In this document: in pieces, positions 11,520-21,925 of the stretch
Layout: each line of letters starts with the position of its first letter
Position numbering within the stretch: the first letter of the stretch is position 1
Assembly: GCA_964016885.1 (NCBI GenBank)
Contig: OZ024747.1
Location: forward strand, 77,996,001 to 78,060,000
Direction: 5' to 3'
Length of the DNA: 64,000 nt
Source of the DNA: Eledone cirrhosa
Taxonomy: Eukaryota
The notes under the pieces: model-generated
Databases searched by the model: none
What the model was told of the DNA's origin: nothing
The model's input: only the letters and a program-made list of their open reading frames with translations
Made by a program: the position numbers and the translations under genes

Positions 11520-12960
11520 TAATATTTTATATGTGGCTGACTCCAAGTTGAACACAGCAGATGACAAACAACTAGAAACTCTGCTGCAGACAATACACGA
11601 ATTTACTAGATTTGATATTTAGAATCAGATAAGAAAACTGCGTCAATATAAACTTCAAGAGAGGGAGATTGATTAAGAACATTAACATCACACTAGATAA
11701 AGAAACAGAAATAATATCATTAGACCAAATACTGACGTATAAACACTTAGGAATCAACGAACCAGACAAAATTCAACGCAAAAACAAAGGCAGGATATGA
11801 TAAAAGCATTAGATTAATACTTAAAACAAAGCTAAATGTAAAAGTTTATAAAGTAAGAGTAATCGATACTCTAGCTGTCAAATTAATAAACTATAGTTAT
11901 ATTATTCTCAATTGGATGTTAAACGAACCAGCATGACTGGACACAAAAGCAAGAAAAATAATAACCACATTTATAATGCACCACCGCAAATCTGACATTG
12001 AAGATTAAATTGACTACAAATAGAGAAAGGTCTGTGGTTTATTCAACCGGAAAACTATTATAAGATAACTAAATATAAAATGAAAAAAAAAGTAACAAAG
12101 AAGATAAAAAAATCTTTATAAATCAACCACATCAGAACGAGAAAAAACATCTAACATGGCATCTTGGGAAATTAATACGAATAGTTTAAAATAAATGCGA
12201 ACAAAATAAATAAAACCTGTCTTTAAGGAAGCCAATAAATACAAACGGGAGGCTGAAATGATAGCTAAGTAGGAGAAAAGGGAGATGATAGTATAGATTG
12301 TGAATAGGCAAAAATATTACGTTAAAAGAGCCATGCTAAAACGATACCGAGAAAAGCCTCTACCTGACCAATACCAGAAAAATGTGAGAACCATGGAAAT
12401 AGACAAAAGACAATCCTAAACACTGGCTGACAAGTTTACAACTCAAAGCTGAAGCTAAATTATCCTTGATTAAATGACAAAATCAAGTAAAAATCAACAA
12501 AAATTATTTAATGAATATTTTAATTAACTGCAGAATATATGGCAGTGGTAAGAAACGACAACTGAGCTTATTTATTGGATGGTTAAGTTTTAGCTTAAAC
12601 AAAGGCATAGGCGCTGAGCAGGCCAGCCGCAAGTATGAGCCTCGCGAATTGGAGTGGCTTTTCCAGTGCATCTCCCTTGCTGTCCTCCGGGAAAACGCCT
12701 TCTCCATTCTGTCCGCCGGGGTTGTGGGGAGGCCACCAATATGATTCACTGACTTGTCATTTTATCAGTCAGATGTTTTTAGACATCAATCAGAGAAAAT
12801 AATCAAATATAAATATTTGGAAATAAAGATAAACAAAATATGGGGACTGAAAACGGTAAACATGCAATAATGCGTTCTTGGAATTACAAATGTGCGCAGC
12901 ATACATAAAATATTACTATTAGATATTTCTCACATATTACATAGACTTCTCTGAATACAA
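11520..12960 (+). mobile_element. Old, degenerate R4/Dong LINE copy interrupted by a CRE fragment (12606-12740)
   Basis: Patchy similarity to ORF 21873-23954 (LDQxxTYKHLGI, DTLA..NYSY..LNW, LDTKARK..MHHRKSDI). The insert reads GAE..EPRELEWLFQCISLAVLRENA. Confidence 0.65.
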
Positions 12961-13052
12961 TAGAAAATACAAAACACCGCCCCTCCAAAAAAACAAAATA
13001 CATTTCACATACCCAAGTTACATGAAGCTGCGCTCACTAGCTACTATTTAAT

Positions 13053-13810
13053 AATTGTTTCTACTTTTAGCACAAGGCCAGCAATTACCTAATACATTAC
13101 TGGTACTTTATTTTATCGATCCCGTAAGGATGAAAGGCAAAGTTGACCTCGACGGGATTTGAACTCAGACCGTAAAGGGACGTAACTATGCTAAAAAGCA
13201 TGGTGCCCAACCCTCTACCGATACTGCCAATTCACCGCCCTGCTATTTAATAATAATTGTTTCTACTTTTGGCACAAGGTCAACAATTACCCAGTACATT
13301 ACTGGTACTTTATTTTATCGACCCCGTAAGGATGAAAGGCAAAGTTAACCTCGACGGGATTTGAACTCAGACTGTAAAAGGACGTAACTATGCTGGAAAG
13401 CATGGCGTCCAACCCTCTACCGATACTGCCAATCCACCGCCCTAACATGGCGTCCAACCCTCTACCGATACTGCCAATCCACCGCCCTAACATGGCGTCC
13501 AACCCTCTACCGATACTCCCAATCCACCGCCCTAACATGGCGTCCAACCCTCTACCGATACTGCCAATCCACCGCCCTATTTTAATAATAATGGTTTCTT
13601 ATATAGGCACAAAGCCATTAATTTTGGGGGAAGGGAAAGTCGATTAAATCGACCCCACTACGTTACTGGTACTTTATTTTATCGACCCCGTAAGAATGAC
13701 AGGCAAAGTTAACCTCGGCGGGATTTGAACCCTAAACGTAAAGGGACGTAACTATGTGCCGCACAGCTTGTTTTCCGACACTCTATCGATTATTGCCAAT
13801 CCACAGCCCT
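13053..13810 (-). mobile_element. Three head-to-tail family A SINEs; the middle one has its 45-bp head tandemly repeated 4x (13399-13578)
   Basis: Repeated SINE motifs separated by CTATTTAATAAT-like spacers. Unit CATGGCGTCCAACCCTCTACCGATACTGCCAATCCACCGCCCTAA. Confidence 0.85.
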
Positions 13811-13842
13811 GGATAATAACAATAATGTAGTATTATTATTAT

Positions 13843-13914
<72 letters not shown>

Positions 13915-14513
13915 CAGCAGCAGCAGCTGCAGCATCAACAGCAGCAGCAGTAGCAGCAGCAGTAATAGAGAAGACTTTATTGTAAAATTTAAAATTTCAT
14001 TTGAATCTAAAAGAAACGTTTTTTTATATTTCCATATTTTTGTCATTGTAGTATTTTGACATGTACATTATATTGTTTGGGTTTCAAGTGATAGCAATGA
14101 ATCTTTTTTTTCTTTTCATACAATATTGCAGCTACTGCTGCTGTTGCTGCTGCTACTGCTGCTATTGTCACTACAGTACTCTTGTTTGTGCCTCTTGTAA
14201 AGATTGAAGATGTATCTTATAAACATGTCACCCTGTCTTTAAACGACAAAAGAAAAGAAAAAGAAAAGAACAACAGAGGTGTGCAAATAATATATTTTTC
14301 GTGGGAAATTTCAGAAAGTAGAGGATTGCTAATAAACATATACAAATACATATAAATATAAACATGATACACAGACACACGGAAACATTATATCAATAAT
14401 TGTTTCTACTTTTGGCACAAAGCCAGCAATTGCCCCGTCACTTCCTAACCCACCTATTACCGCATTTAAGCGCACCCGTAACTTCCGCGACCTCTTTTTA
14501 ATTTCTCATTCTT

Positions 14514-14549
14514 TCTTCTGATGAAGGACTAGCGTCCGAAACGTTAATA
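14514..14549 (+). ncRNA. Minimal hammerhead ribozyme-like motif (degenerate helix I)
   Basis: TCTT-CTGATGA-a-GGAC-tagc-GTCC-GAAA-CG-TT-AATA, with palindromic helix III (ACGT). Helix I has one mismatch. Confidence 0.6.
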
Positions 14550-15105
14550 TCCTCTTCCTGCTATTTCAAGCGTTAACCTAATATATTCCTTCCATATACT
14601 GTACCGATTGTGTTGTTATTTCTGTTTACCTTTTACACACACATAAAGGTTGAGAACCATAACATTTGTTCCACATGTTTGGAGGCAAAACCATCAGATA
14701 TATTTGACGCTAAAAATGTGCTCCTGACAAATAATCGATATGATATTAATAGCGATATCATATACTCCACAGGTACTTGATACTATCACTAGCAAATATA
14801 AGAAAAACAGGATCCTATAATTCTATGTGTGGTGTGGCTAAGACTAAAGCTAAACGCTTAAATATAGAGTAATGAGTTGATTTTCTAGTTAAACATTTAT
14901 AATATTTATAGATCAGAAGACAATTTTGGTAGTAAGCTCAGCTGTGCGTTGTTAAACTCTGTTAAAACTGAGGACTAGCCTGTGAAGTAATATTAAAGGG
15001 CGTTAGCATGTATACTGGGGAAAATACTAACGTACAGTAATTGAACAAGAGCACCTTAAGTCATATCCTGGTTCAGAAATATTTTATTTCATATCCAGGT
15101 TCCGA

Positions 15106-15156
<51 letters not shown>

Positions 15157-15417
15157 TTTCTTTATTAACCACAAGGGTTTACATAAAGTAGACATTAAGG
15201 ACAGTGCAGGACAATGCAGGACGGTACAAATGGGCATTTCTGCGTGTAAAAAAAACAAAAACAGAGGATGTAACAAAAATAACAATGAAAATAACAATGA
15301 AAAATTCCCCAATAGGGGGGAGACTTCGGAGGGACATTTGTGGAGAAAGCCCAGTAAAAAGCCACAATGACCCTGACCACCAAGGCAAGTGCCCTCTCCC
15401 AGTTTTCCACCTTTAGT

Positions 15418-18400
15418 TTACAGATATATACTCAGAGTAAGCCCATTCACTCGGGCCATTCTTGCTTCTCTCACCCATCTTTCAACAAAATGCTGGGAAG
15501 AGAGCACTTCCTTCTCTACTCTGATTTTCCTTTTCAAATGAAATTTGAAAAAGTCAATCAGAGCATCACCGAAGAGGTAAGTGCTCGTCTTCAGCCCTTT
15601 CAAACGTGTCCACCATACTATCTCTTTCGCCATGGCCACCAGACAGATAAAAACTGCCTGCCCTTCCCGGCTAAATGAGGAGGGCGGGGCAATCCTCACG
15701 ATAGACTCAGATGATAGCTGGATCCGTCCTAAACGCGACAGCAGGTGTTCGACATAAACCCACAAGTCAGCAATTTTCGGACACTGGACGAGTGCGTGCA
15801 GGACGGTTTCGTCGCCCTGCGCGCATCTCGGACATGCCCGGCTGACGGCACCTCCATGCCTGTAGAGTTTATCCCGAACTGGCAAGGCTCCTCGGTAGCA
15901 CTGCCAGGCCAGAGATTTCTGGAAGTTGTCCATAGGCCCTGGCCCGAAAGTTCTTCCGAAGAGATTGGCTAGTTGATTTTCGTCGACGCCTAGAGTTTCC
16001 CCAAGTACGTCGTCGCTCTTCCCCTCCACTAATCCTCTATAGAACGCCGAGGTGGAGTTTCCACCGATCACATTGCCCGATTGGTCGAGGGCTGTGAGCG
16101 CCTGAAGACATTCCAGTCTCCAGGCGCTCCCTCTCGGTCTTCGCTTGACCCAGGACTGCAGCTCCGTCAAGGAAACGAGCTGGGGAAAAACGCGTCTAGC
16201 AAACGGCGACCACACCTGATCACCGTCGAGGAAGAGGTGGAGATGTCGTAGCCTGAGCGCGTGCCTGCGCATCATCAGCCACGGCATGCCCAGCCCTCCA
16301 CGTAGCGGGTGTTGACAACAGATGGACCGCCTGACCATCGGAGCACGTCCCTTCCACAAAAAGCGAAAGAGCAAACGCTCCAGCGCAGTCAGGCGAGGCT
16401 TAGGACAAGGTACGACGGTTAGGCGGTAGCAGATGACAGACGCGATGTACGCGTTAGCCACCTCCGCTCGACCTTTCAGGGATAGCTTCCTCTCCGCCCA
16501 TTTCTGGGTGAGAGAAGCCACCCTGCTCGTCACCTCGTCCCAGTTTTTGTCCGTCTGGAGGTCCGGACCGAACCAGACCCCTAGCAATTTAACCGGTCCG
16601 TCCGTCCAGCGCCCGACGACGCTGTTGGACGGCATGGACCTGCCTCTCCAGGTGCCGAGCTGCAGGCCCACTGACTTTTCCTGGTTGATCATTGCTCCTG
16701 TCACCGCTTCGTATTCTCTTAGTGTAGTGCCGATCGCCTCGATGTGTTTGGCGTTCGACACCACTACGGTGACATCGTCCGCATATGCTGACACGGATCT
16801 TCCGCATCCTAGTTCGCGCGGGACTCCCCTCAACGTCTCCAGTTTGTGCAGTAATGGCTCGAGAGTCAATACGTACAAGAGGGACGAGAGGGGACATCCT
16901 TGGCGGACCGAGCGCATGATGTTGAACGGTTCCGACAGGTGACCGTTCACTCTCACCACAGAGCAGATGTCGCTGTGCATGGCAGCGATCCAGCCTCTGA
17001 AGACGGGCCCAAAGCCAGCCGCCCTCAGGACTGCCGCTAGGTAACGATGGTCGACCCTATCGAAAGCTTTCGACTGATCTAAATTGATCAAGGACCCACC
17101 CGTGCCAGGTTCCCTAGCTACCCTCTCTACGATGTATCGCATGAGGTGGAGGTTGTCGTGGATGGATCTGTCGGGAATGGCGCATGTCTGCGCCTCTCCC
17201 ACCAGACCACCAACGACAAGCGCCAACCTCTTTGCTAGCACCTTGGCCAAAATCTTAAACTCTGTGTTTAGCAGAGTTATGGGCCGGAAATTGTCTATGT
17301 TATCCCCCTTGTTCGGATCCTTTCTCAGCAGTGCCACCGCTCCTCGGCTCACAGAACTGGGAATTCTCCCGTTCTGTTGCCAGTTGCAGTAGACGTCCGC
17401 CAAGAGGCCTCCGAACAAGTCTGGCATGTGTACGTAAAGTTCATAGGGCAGACCATCCAAACCAGGCGATTTACCCCTTGTGCAGCCAGTCATTGCCTCC
17501 CGTACTTCAGCGGCTGTTATCGGCTTTTCGCAACACTTCGCCTCAGTGGCCGAGAGCCGCGGCAGTCCGTCGAGGTAGACACTAAAGTCCATCCCTCTAC
17601 CCGGCCCCCCGCTTCCCCCGAACAGCTGAGCGAAGTGTTGCTGAAAAGCTTCACACATTTGCCCGGGATCGAGTAGCATGCGCCCGTCGTGGTCCACCAA
17701 AGACCGGATCGTGGCTTTGTTGCCACGACGCGCCTCCGCCACTCGGGCCCATTGAACGGCTTTCGTCCCCTCGTGTCTGAGAGCACGCACCCTAGCTCTG
17801 ACAACGCAGCCTTCGTGCTTTGCATTGAAGAATTGGTCAAGGGCCAATTTCGCCGCAAGCACGTCGGTCGCAATGCCTTTGCTAAGCGCCTCGTCTAATT
17901 TTCTAACTAGTTCTCCCTCTGCTCTATTTTTCTCTATTGCTAAAGCCTTACTAAACCTAATCGATTCTATTCTAATCGCTCTTTTCAGAGCAAACCACCA
18001 CTTGTTGTTGACGATGGCCCCCGTCAACGCCCGCTTAACTAGTTCGCTAATCCGGTCTCTGTAGGCCTTGCGCGCTGGTAAGGACGCGTTTAGCTTCCAG
18101 TAGCCGGGTCCTCGTCTATGAAGCCTATCTAAGTCAAGCACACAGATCACAAATTTGTGGTCCGTGTAGCTGACTATCTTGAATTGTGGACAGCCTATGC
18201 TAGACCTATCTATTTCCCTACAAAATACTCTATCTAGATATGATCTGGATGACCCTATGCGGTTTGTCCAAGTCCACATTGGCACATTCGGGAAATCCAA
18301 TCGGTACCTGTCAGACAGTTCAAAACGCCTGAGCAGGTTGGTGAGGCTCTTGCACCCTCCACCCCTATCCGCTAATCCCACACAGTCCCAGCGTGCATCT

Positions 18401-18837
18401 AAGATCCCGTTCCAGTCGCCCACTAACACTAAAGAGCGGGACGTTCCAAGAAAGGTCTCCAGACGCCGGAAGAAATCAGGCCGCCCTGCTCCTGTCGGGG
18501 CATAGACGGCCACTAGCCTGAAAGCTTGCCCGTCTCCGCTGGTCACGTCCAGCACCACCAGCTTACCCTCTGGGTCCAGGAAGATGGCCCGTATGGCGAG
18601 ATCCAAACCTCTCCGAAAAAGCACAGCAACTCCTCCACCCGATCCAGGACGGCTGGGAGATGCGTACACATCGTAGCCGCCGAAGATCGGTGCGAAGGCC
18701 CGTGCTTCGGAGATTCTGGTCTCGCTGATGGCCACTACATCTATGTTTAGTGACCTGAGGTCGTTGAGCAGGTGACCCTGCTTCCATGACGACCCCAAGC
18801 CACGCGCATTTATGCTGCCTATTCTGAGTGAGGTCAT
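15418..18837 (-). CDS. Tx1-like ORF2: APE endonuclease, reverse transcriptase, C-terminal CCHC
   Basis: 1139 aa, no stops. EN motifs SINARG, ISETR, VYAP, GDWN, YLDR, TDH. RT motifs FRPITLLN, DQSKAFDRV, RQGCPLS, YADD. CPRCAQGDETVLHALVQC. Confidence 0.95.
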   Translation of the reverse strand: MTSLRIGSINARGLGSSWKQGHLLNDLRSLNIDVVAISETRISEARAFAPIFGGYDVYASPSRPGSGGGVAVLFRRGLDLAIRAIFLDPEGKLVVLDVTSGDGQAFRLVAVYAPTGAGRPDFFRRLETFLGTSRSLVLVGDWNGILDARWDCVGLADRGGGCKSLTNLLRRFELSDRYRLDFPNVPMWTWTNRIGSSRSYLDRVFCREIDRSSIGCPQFKIVSYTDHKFVICVLDLDRLHRRGPGYWKLNASLPARKAYRDRISELVKRALTGAIVNNKWWFALKRAIRIESIRFSKALAIEKNRAEGELVRKLDEALSKGIATDVLAAKLALDQFFNAKHEGCVVRARVRALRHEGTKAVQWARVAEARRGNKATIRSLVDHDGRMLLDPGQMCEAFQQHFAQLFGGSGGPGRGMDFSVYLDGLPRLSATEAKCCEKPITAAEVREAMTGCTRGKSPGLDGLPYELYVHMPDLFGGLLADVYCNWQQNGRIPSSVSRGAVALLRKDPNKGDNIDNFRPITLLNTEFKILAKVLAKRLALVVGGLVGEAQTCAIPDRSIHDNLHLMRYIVERVAREPGTGGSLINLDQSKAFDRVDHRYLAAVLRAAGFGPVFRGWIAAMHSDICSVVRVNGHLSEPFNIMRSVRQGCPLSSLLYVLTLEPLLHKLETLRGVPRELGCGRSVSAYADDVTVVVSNAKHIEAIGTTLREYEAVTGAMINQEKSVGLQLGTWRGRSMPSNSVVGRWTDGPVKLLGVWFGPDLQTDKNWDEVTSRVASLTQKWAERKLSLKGRAEVANAYIASVICYRLTVVPCPKPRLTALERLLFRFLWKGRAPMVRRSICCQHPLRGGLGMPWLMMRRHALRLRHLHLFLDGDQVWSPFARRVFPQLVSLTELQSWVKRRPRGSAWRLECLQALTALDQSGNVIGGNSTSAFYRGLVEGKSDDVLGETLGVDENQLANLFGRTFGPGPMDNFQKSLAWQCYRGALPVRDKLYRHGGAVSRACPRCAQGDETVLHALVQCPKIADLWVYVEHLLSRLGRIQLSSESIVRIAPPSSFSREGQAVFICLVAMAKEIVWWTRLKGLKTSTYLFGDALIDFFKFHLKRKIRVEKEVLSSQHFVERWVREARMARVNGLTLSIYL

Positions 18838-18872
18838 GTTTAAAATAGAGTGGAAAAGATGGGAAAGACCAC

Positions 18873-20975
18873 TTATCGTACTTTTCGTAGAGGAGGGATG
18901 GTTTTTACATCCCTTTTCACTTGATCGTCTGGTGAAGGGACCGTTGAATCGTCCCTTCGGCTGGTCGTCGGCTCTTCTAAGAGAATGTCTGAATATACTC
19001 TTCGATTGATGGTTCCTCCTAGGTCCCTGAAATCACCAACTGCGTTGGGGAATTTCGTTTTAATGTTTGTGTATTGTTTCTGTGCTATTTTTAGCAGTCT
19101 TATGTTAGATGGCGTTTTGATTGGTGCTGGTATTATGTAGTCCTGTTGTGAAATGTCTGTGTGTTCAATTATGTAAGTCATTAGTTTCTTGTTGTGTGTG
19201 TTTATTGCCGTGCATTTGTTTTTCTGGGGGTGGGGTGTGGTTCTGCTATTTTCTTGTCGTTGTTGCTGGGTGTGTGTGTTTTGTTGTTGTGTTTGCGATG
19301 TTGGTGCTTGTGGTGGTGGTGTTGAAGGTGTTGTTGGCGGTGGGGTTGTCGCCGGTGGTGATGGTGGTGCTGGTGTGGGTGGTGATGGTGTTGGTGGTGT
19401 TGCTGCTGTGGGTCTCTTTGCAGTAGACTTTACCCTTTTCTCATTTTTTTCCTCCCTTTTCAAAGGCGACGATGCGCTGCTTCTCCGTTTGTGCCTTCTT
19501 GCGACCTTTTGCCATCCCTCTCCCACCTCACACTCCATGTCTGATTCTGTGAGGTCGGGGAGGGGTACCAGCTCCACTCTTTCACTTGTTGTTGTTGGTG
19601 ATGTTTGCACTGGAGTCTCTGTTGCAGCTGCATTTGGTATTGCTGTTGTTGTTGTTAATATTTCCACTGCTGCTGCTGTTTTTGATTTCCGTGGAGTGGG
19701 TATGGGTGCCACGGACCTATCGTTCCTGGTTGCCGCTTGTCCTGTTGCTGGTAGCCGTGGAGCCGGATTCGGAAGGAGGGGGGTTTTCTCCTTTCTCAGG
19801 GTCTTCTCGTTGCAGAAGGCCCTGAGGTGAGTCTTCGATCCACAGCGAAAGCATTTCGGGCGTTTGCCCTCAACACTTATGGGCAGTTGAGTGCCGTTAT
19901 CGAAGTCTATCACATCCGGGATAGCTTCGATGCACTCCTGGTTGGTTTGGATTAGCATCTCAATGGAGGAGCCGACCCAATCTTCTCTTACTTTTTTCTG
20001 TACTTGCAGTACAGTTGTTTTGTCCTCGATTCCGACGAGGACAGACGCGGCCAGCCAAGAAGGGGCCATCCCGGGGGGGACGTGGGTCAGTTTGACCCTC
20101 ACAATTTTTTGCCCGCAGTAGGAGGGCACCAACACCATTTCCTCGCTCCTTAGGGTCACTACTGATTGGGCCTTTGCCTCCTGGGGTGTGGCAAAAAGTA
20201 CGTCTACGGTGGCATATTTTTTGCCTCGGGTGATGTGCGTTTTCCGCTGCCACACAGACCCCAAGGCTTTTTGTATTTGGGCCTCTGTGGCTCTTTCCAC
20301 CCTACGGGATTTTGTACTTACTGTACGGTACGTGACCGTACAGTGCTCTTGGGTTTCGAAAAACTTTTCCGCTGCCTTGCAGATTGCTCGGTGTCCATTC
20401 TTTGTCACCATCTTCTTCGCTTCCTCTAATTCCTCATTTGTTATGAGGATTGTTTCCAAGTTTTTCGCAATACCTGCAAATGAGATTGGTTTTTCTCTGC
20501 TGCTGCTGTTGTTGTTGTCGTCAGAGCTGCTGGTACTTTTGTTGTTGCTGCAGGTACTACGACTACTGCCTCCGCCGCTGCTGCTGTGGTTGTTGTTGGT
20601 GTTGCTGCTGCTAATGCTGTTGTTGTTTATGCTGCTGGTGATGCTGTTGCGGCTGCTACTGTTGTTTTCATTGTCACTGTTGCTGTTGTTATTACGGCTG
20701 CTACTGCTATTATTCCTGACGTCAGACGAATGAACTGGGTTTTCGTATTTCCCGCACACCTGTTTCGTCGCTGTCGTCGTCGTCGTGGAGAAACCTTGCA
20801 CGCTTTGCACGAGACTTTTCTTTTCTTTCGTCACTTGCGAAAGAGAAGGGAGGGAGAGAGACACATTTAAAGAAGGGAGGGAGAGAGACAATCTTCTCTC
20901 TGCTGTAGTGATGATTGAGGAAGAAGAAGACGGAATGAGTGGGAGTGACGTATGAAATTTCTTTTTCGTAGCCAT
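18873..20975 (-). CDS. Tx1-like ORF1 (gag-like nucleic-acid chaperone with zinc knuckle)
   Basis: 700 aa. SFAGIA motif, CCHC knuckle CFRCGSKTHLRAFC, GWQKVARR basic motif, Ser/Asn- and Pro/Thr-rich low-complexity segments. Lies directly upstream of ORF2. Confidence 0.9.
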   Translation of the reverse strand: MATKKKFHTSLPLIPSSSSSIITTAERRLSLSLPSLNVSLSLPSLSQVTKEKKSLVQSVQGFSTTTTTATKQVCGKYENPVHSSDVRNNSSSSRNNNSNSDNENNSSSRNSITSSINNNSISSSNTNNNHSSSGGGSSRSTCSNNKSTSSSDDNNNSSSREKPISFAGIAKNLETILITNEELEEAKKMVTKNGHRAICKAAEKFFETQEHCTVTYRTVSTKSRRVERATEAQIQKALGSVWQRKTHITRGKKYATVDVLFATPQEAKAQSVVTLRSEEMVLVPSYCGQKIVRVKLTHVPPGMAPSWLAASVLVGIEDKTTVLQVQKKVREDWVGSSIEMLIQTNQECIEAIPDVIDFDNGTQLPISVEGKRPKCFRCGSKTHLRAFCNEKTLRKEKTPLLPNPAPRLPATGQAATRNDRSVAPIPTPRKSKTAAAVEILTTTTAIPNAAATETPVQTSPTTTSERVELVPLPDLTESDMECEVGEGWQKVARRHKRRSSASSPLKREEKNEKRVKSTAKRPTAATPPTPSPPTPAPPSPPATTPPPTTPSTPPPQAPTSQTQQQNTHTQQQRQENSRTTPHPQKNKCTAINTHNKKLMTYIIEHTDISQQDYIIPAPIKTPSNIRLLKIAQKQYTNIKTKFPNAVGDFRDLGGTINRRVYSDILLEEPTTSRRDDSTVPSPDDQVKRDVKTIPPLRKVR

Positions 20976-21218
20976 GTTGTTTTTTGTTTAAAATTTAAAA
21001 TGAATATTGGGTACAAAACTCCAATAACTGGTTATTTAACCCCGAAGGGCCAAATAACGGACAGAAAGACCCCTCTCACGAGGAGGAGGGTGTCTTTATC
21101 AACAATTTGGTTCAAGTTTTAAACAATTTACAATTGTTTTAACGGTTAAAAATTACTATACCTTACAGAGCCGAGCCTCCGTCAACCATGGCATTCAATA
21201 ATAATAATAATAATAATA

Positions 21219-21891
21219 GCGCAGGAGCAGGCCCTCAAAACGAAGTGGTTGAAACACCATATTTACAAGGAGGAGGCTAGCCCACTGTGCAGGATCTGTG
21301 GAGAGAGAGAGGAGACTGTGGCTCACATTGTATCCGAGTGTAAACACCTAGCCCAGACTCACTATAAGGGCTGGAGACATGATGTGATGGGCAGGGTGAT
21401 CCACTGGTACCTATGCAAAGAGTCGGTGATAGAAAACGATCAGGTGAAGGTGCTGTGGGATTTTAGGATACAGACGGACAAGAAACTGAAACACAATAGA
21501 CCTGACCTGGTGGTTGTGGACAAAGAAAAAAGATCGTGCCTGATTGTGGATGTGGCCTGCCCATTCGACACGAGAGTGCAAGAGAAGGAGAGGGAGAAAA
21601 TTAACCGATACCAGGACTTAAAGTGGGAGGTAAAAAGGATTTGGAACTGCCATGAAGTCAAAGTGATCCCGATTGGCATAGGCGCACTAGGGACTATCTC
21701 AAAAAGTTCCCAGGGATGGTTAAAGAAAATTGGCCCCTTCACGCTTTTTGGAACGCTTCAAAAGGCATGCTTGCTGGGAACAGCAAGAACCCTCCGATAC
21801 GTCCTGAATATCTGAGGCTGCAGGTAGTGGCTTAATATTCATTTCAACAAACTTTCCAGTTAACTAACATCAATGACTGAGACTCAAAGAG
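21219..21891 (+). mobile_element. R4/Dong LINE 3' fragment (family B) between (TAA)n tracts
   Basis: CRICGEREETVAHIVSEC (CCHC), RHD, NRPDLVVVD..DVACP..KINRY RLE motifs. 3' end GACTCAAAGAG(TAA)n. Confidence 0.88.
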
Positions 21892-21925
21892 TAATAACAA
21901 CAATAATAATAATAATAATAATAAT

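Larger units (their letters stand above)
15155..21196 (-). mobile_element. Full-length, apparently intact Tx1-type (L1 group) non-LTR retrotransposon in (TTA)n microsatellite
   Basis: ~220-nt 5' UTR, ORF1, 35-nt spacer, ORF2, ~260-nt 3' UTR ending AATAAAGAAATC(ATT)n. (AAT)n tracts at 15107-15154 and 21197-21218. Confidence 0.93.

Noticed and set aside
16433-20870. Plus-strand ORFs overlapping Tx1 ORF1/ORF2
   Set aside because: Antisense shadows of GC-rich coding sequence, with no motifs.
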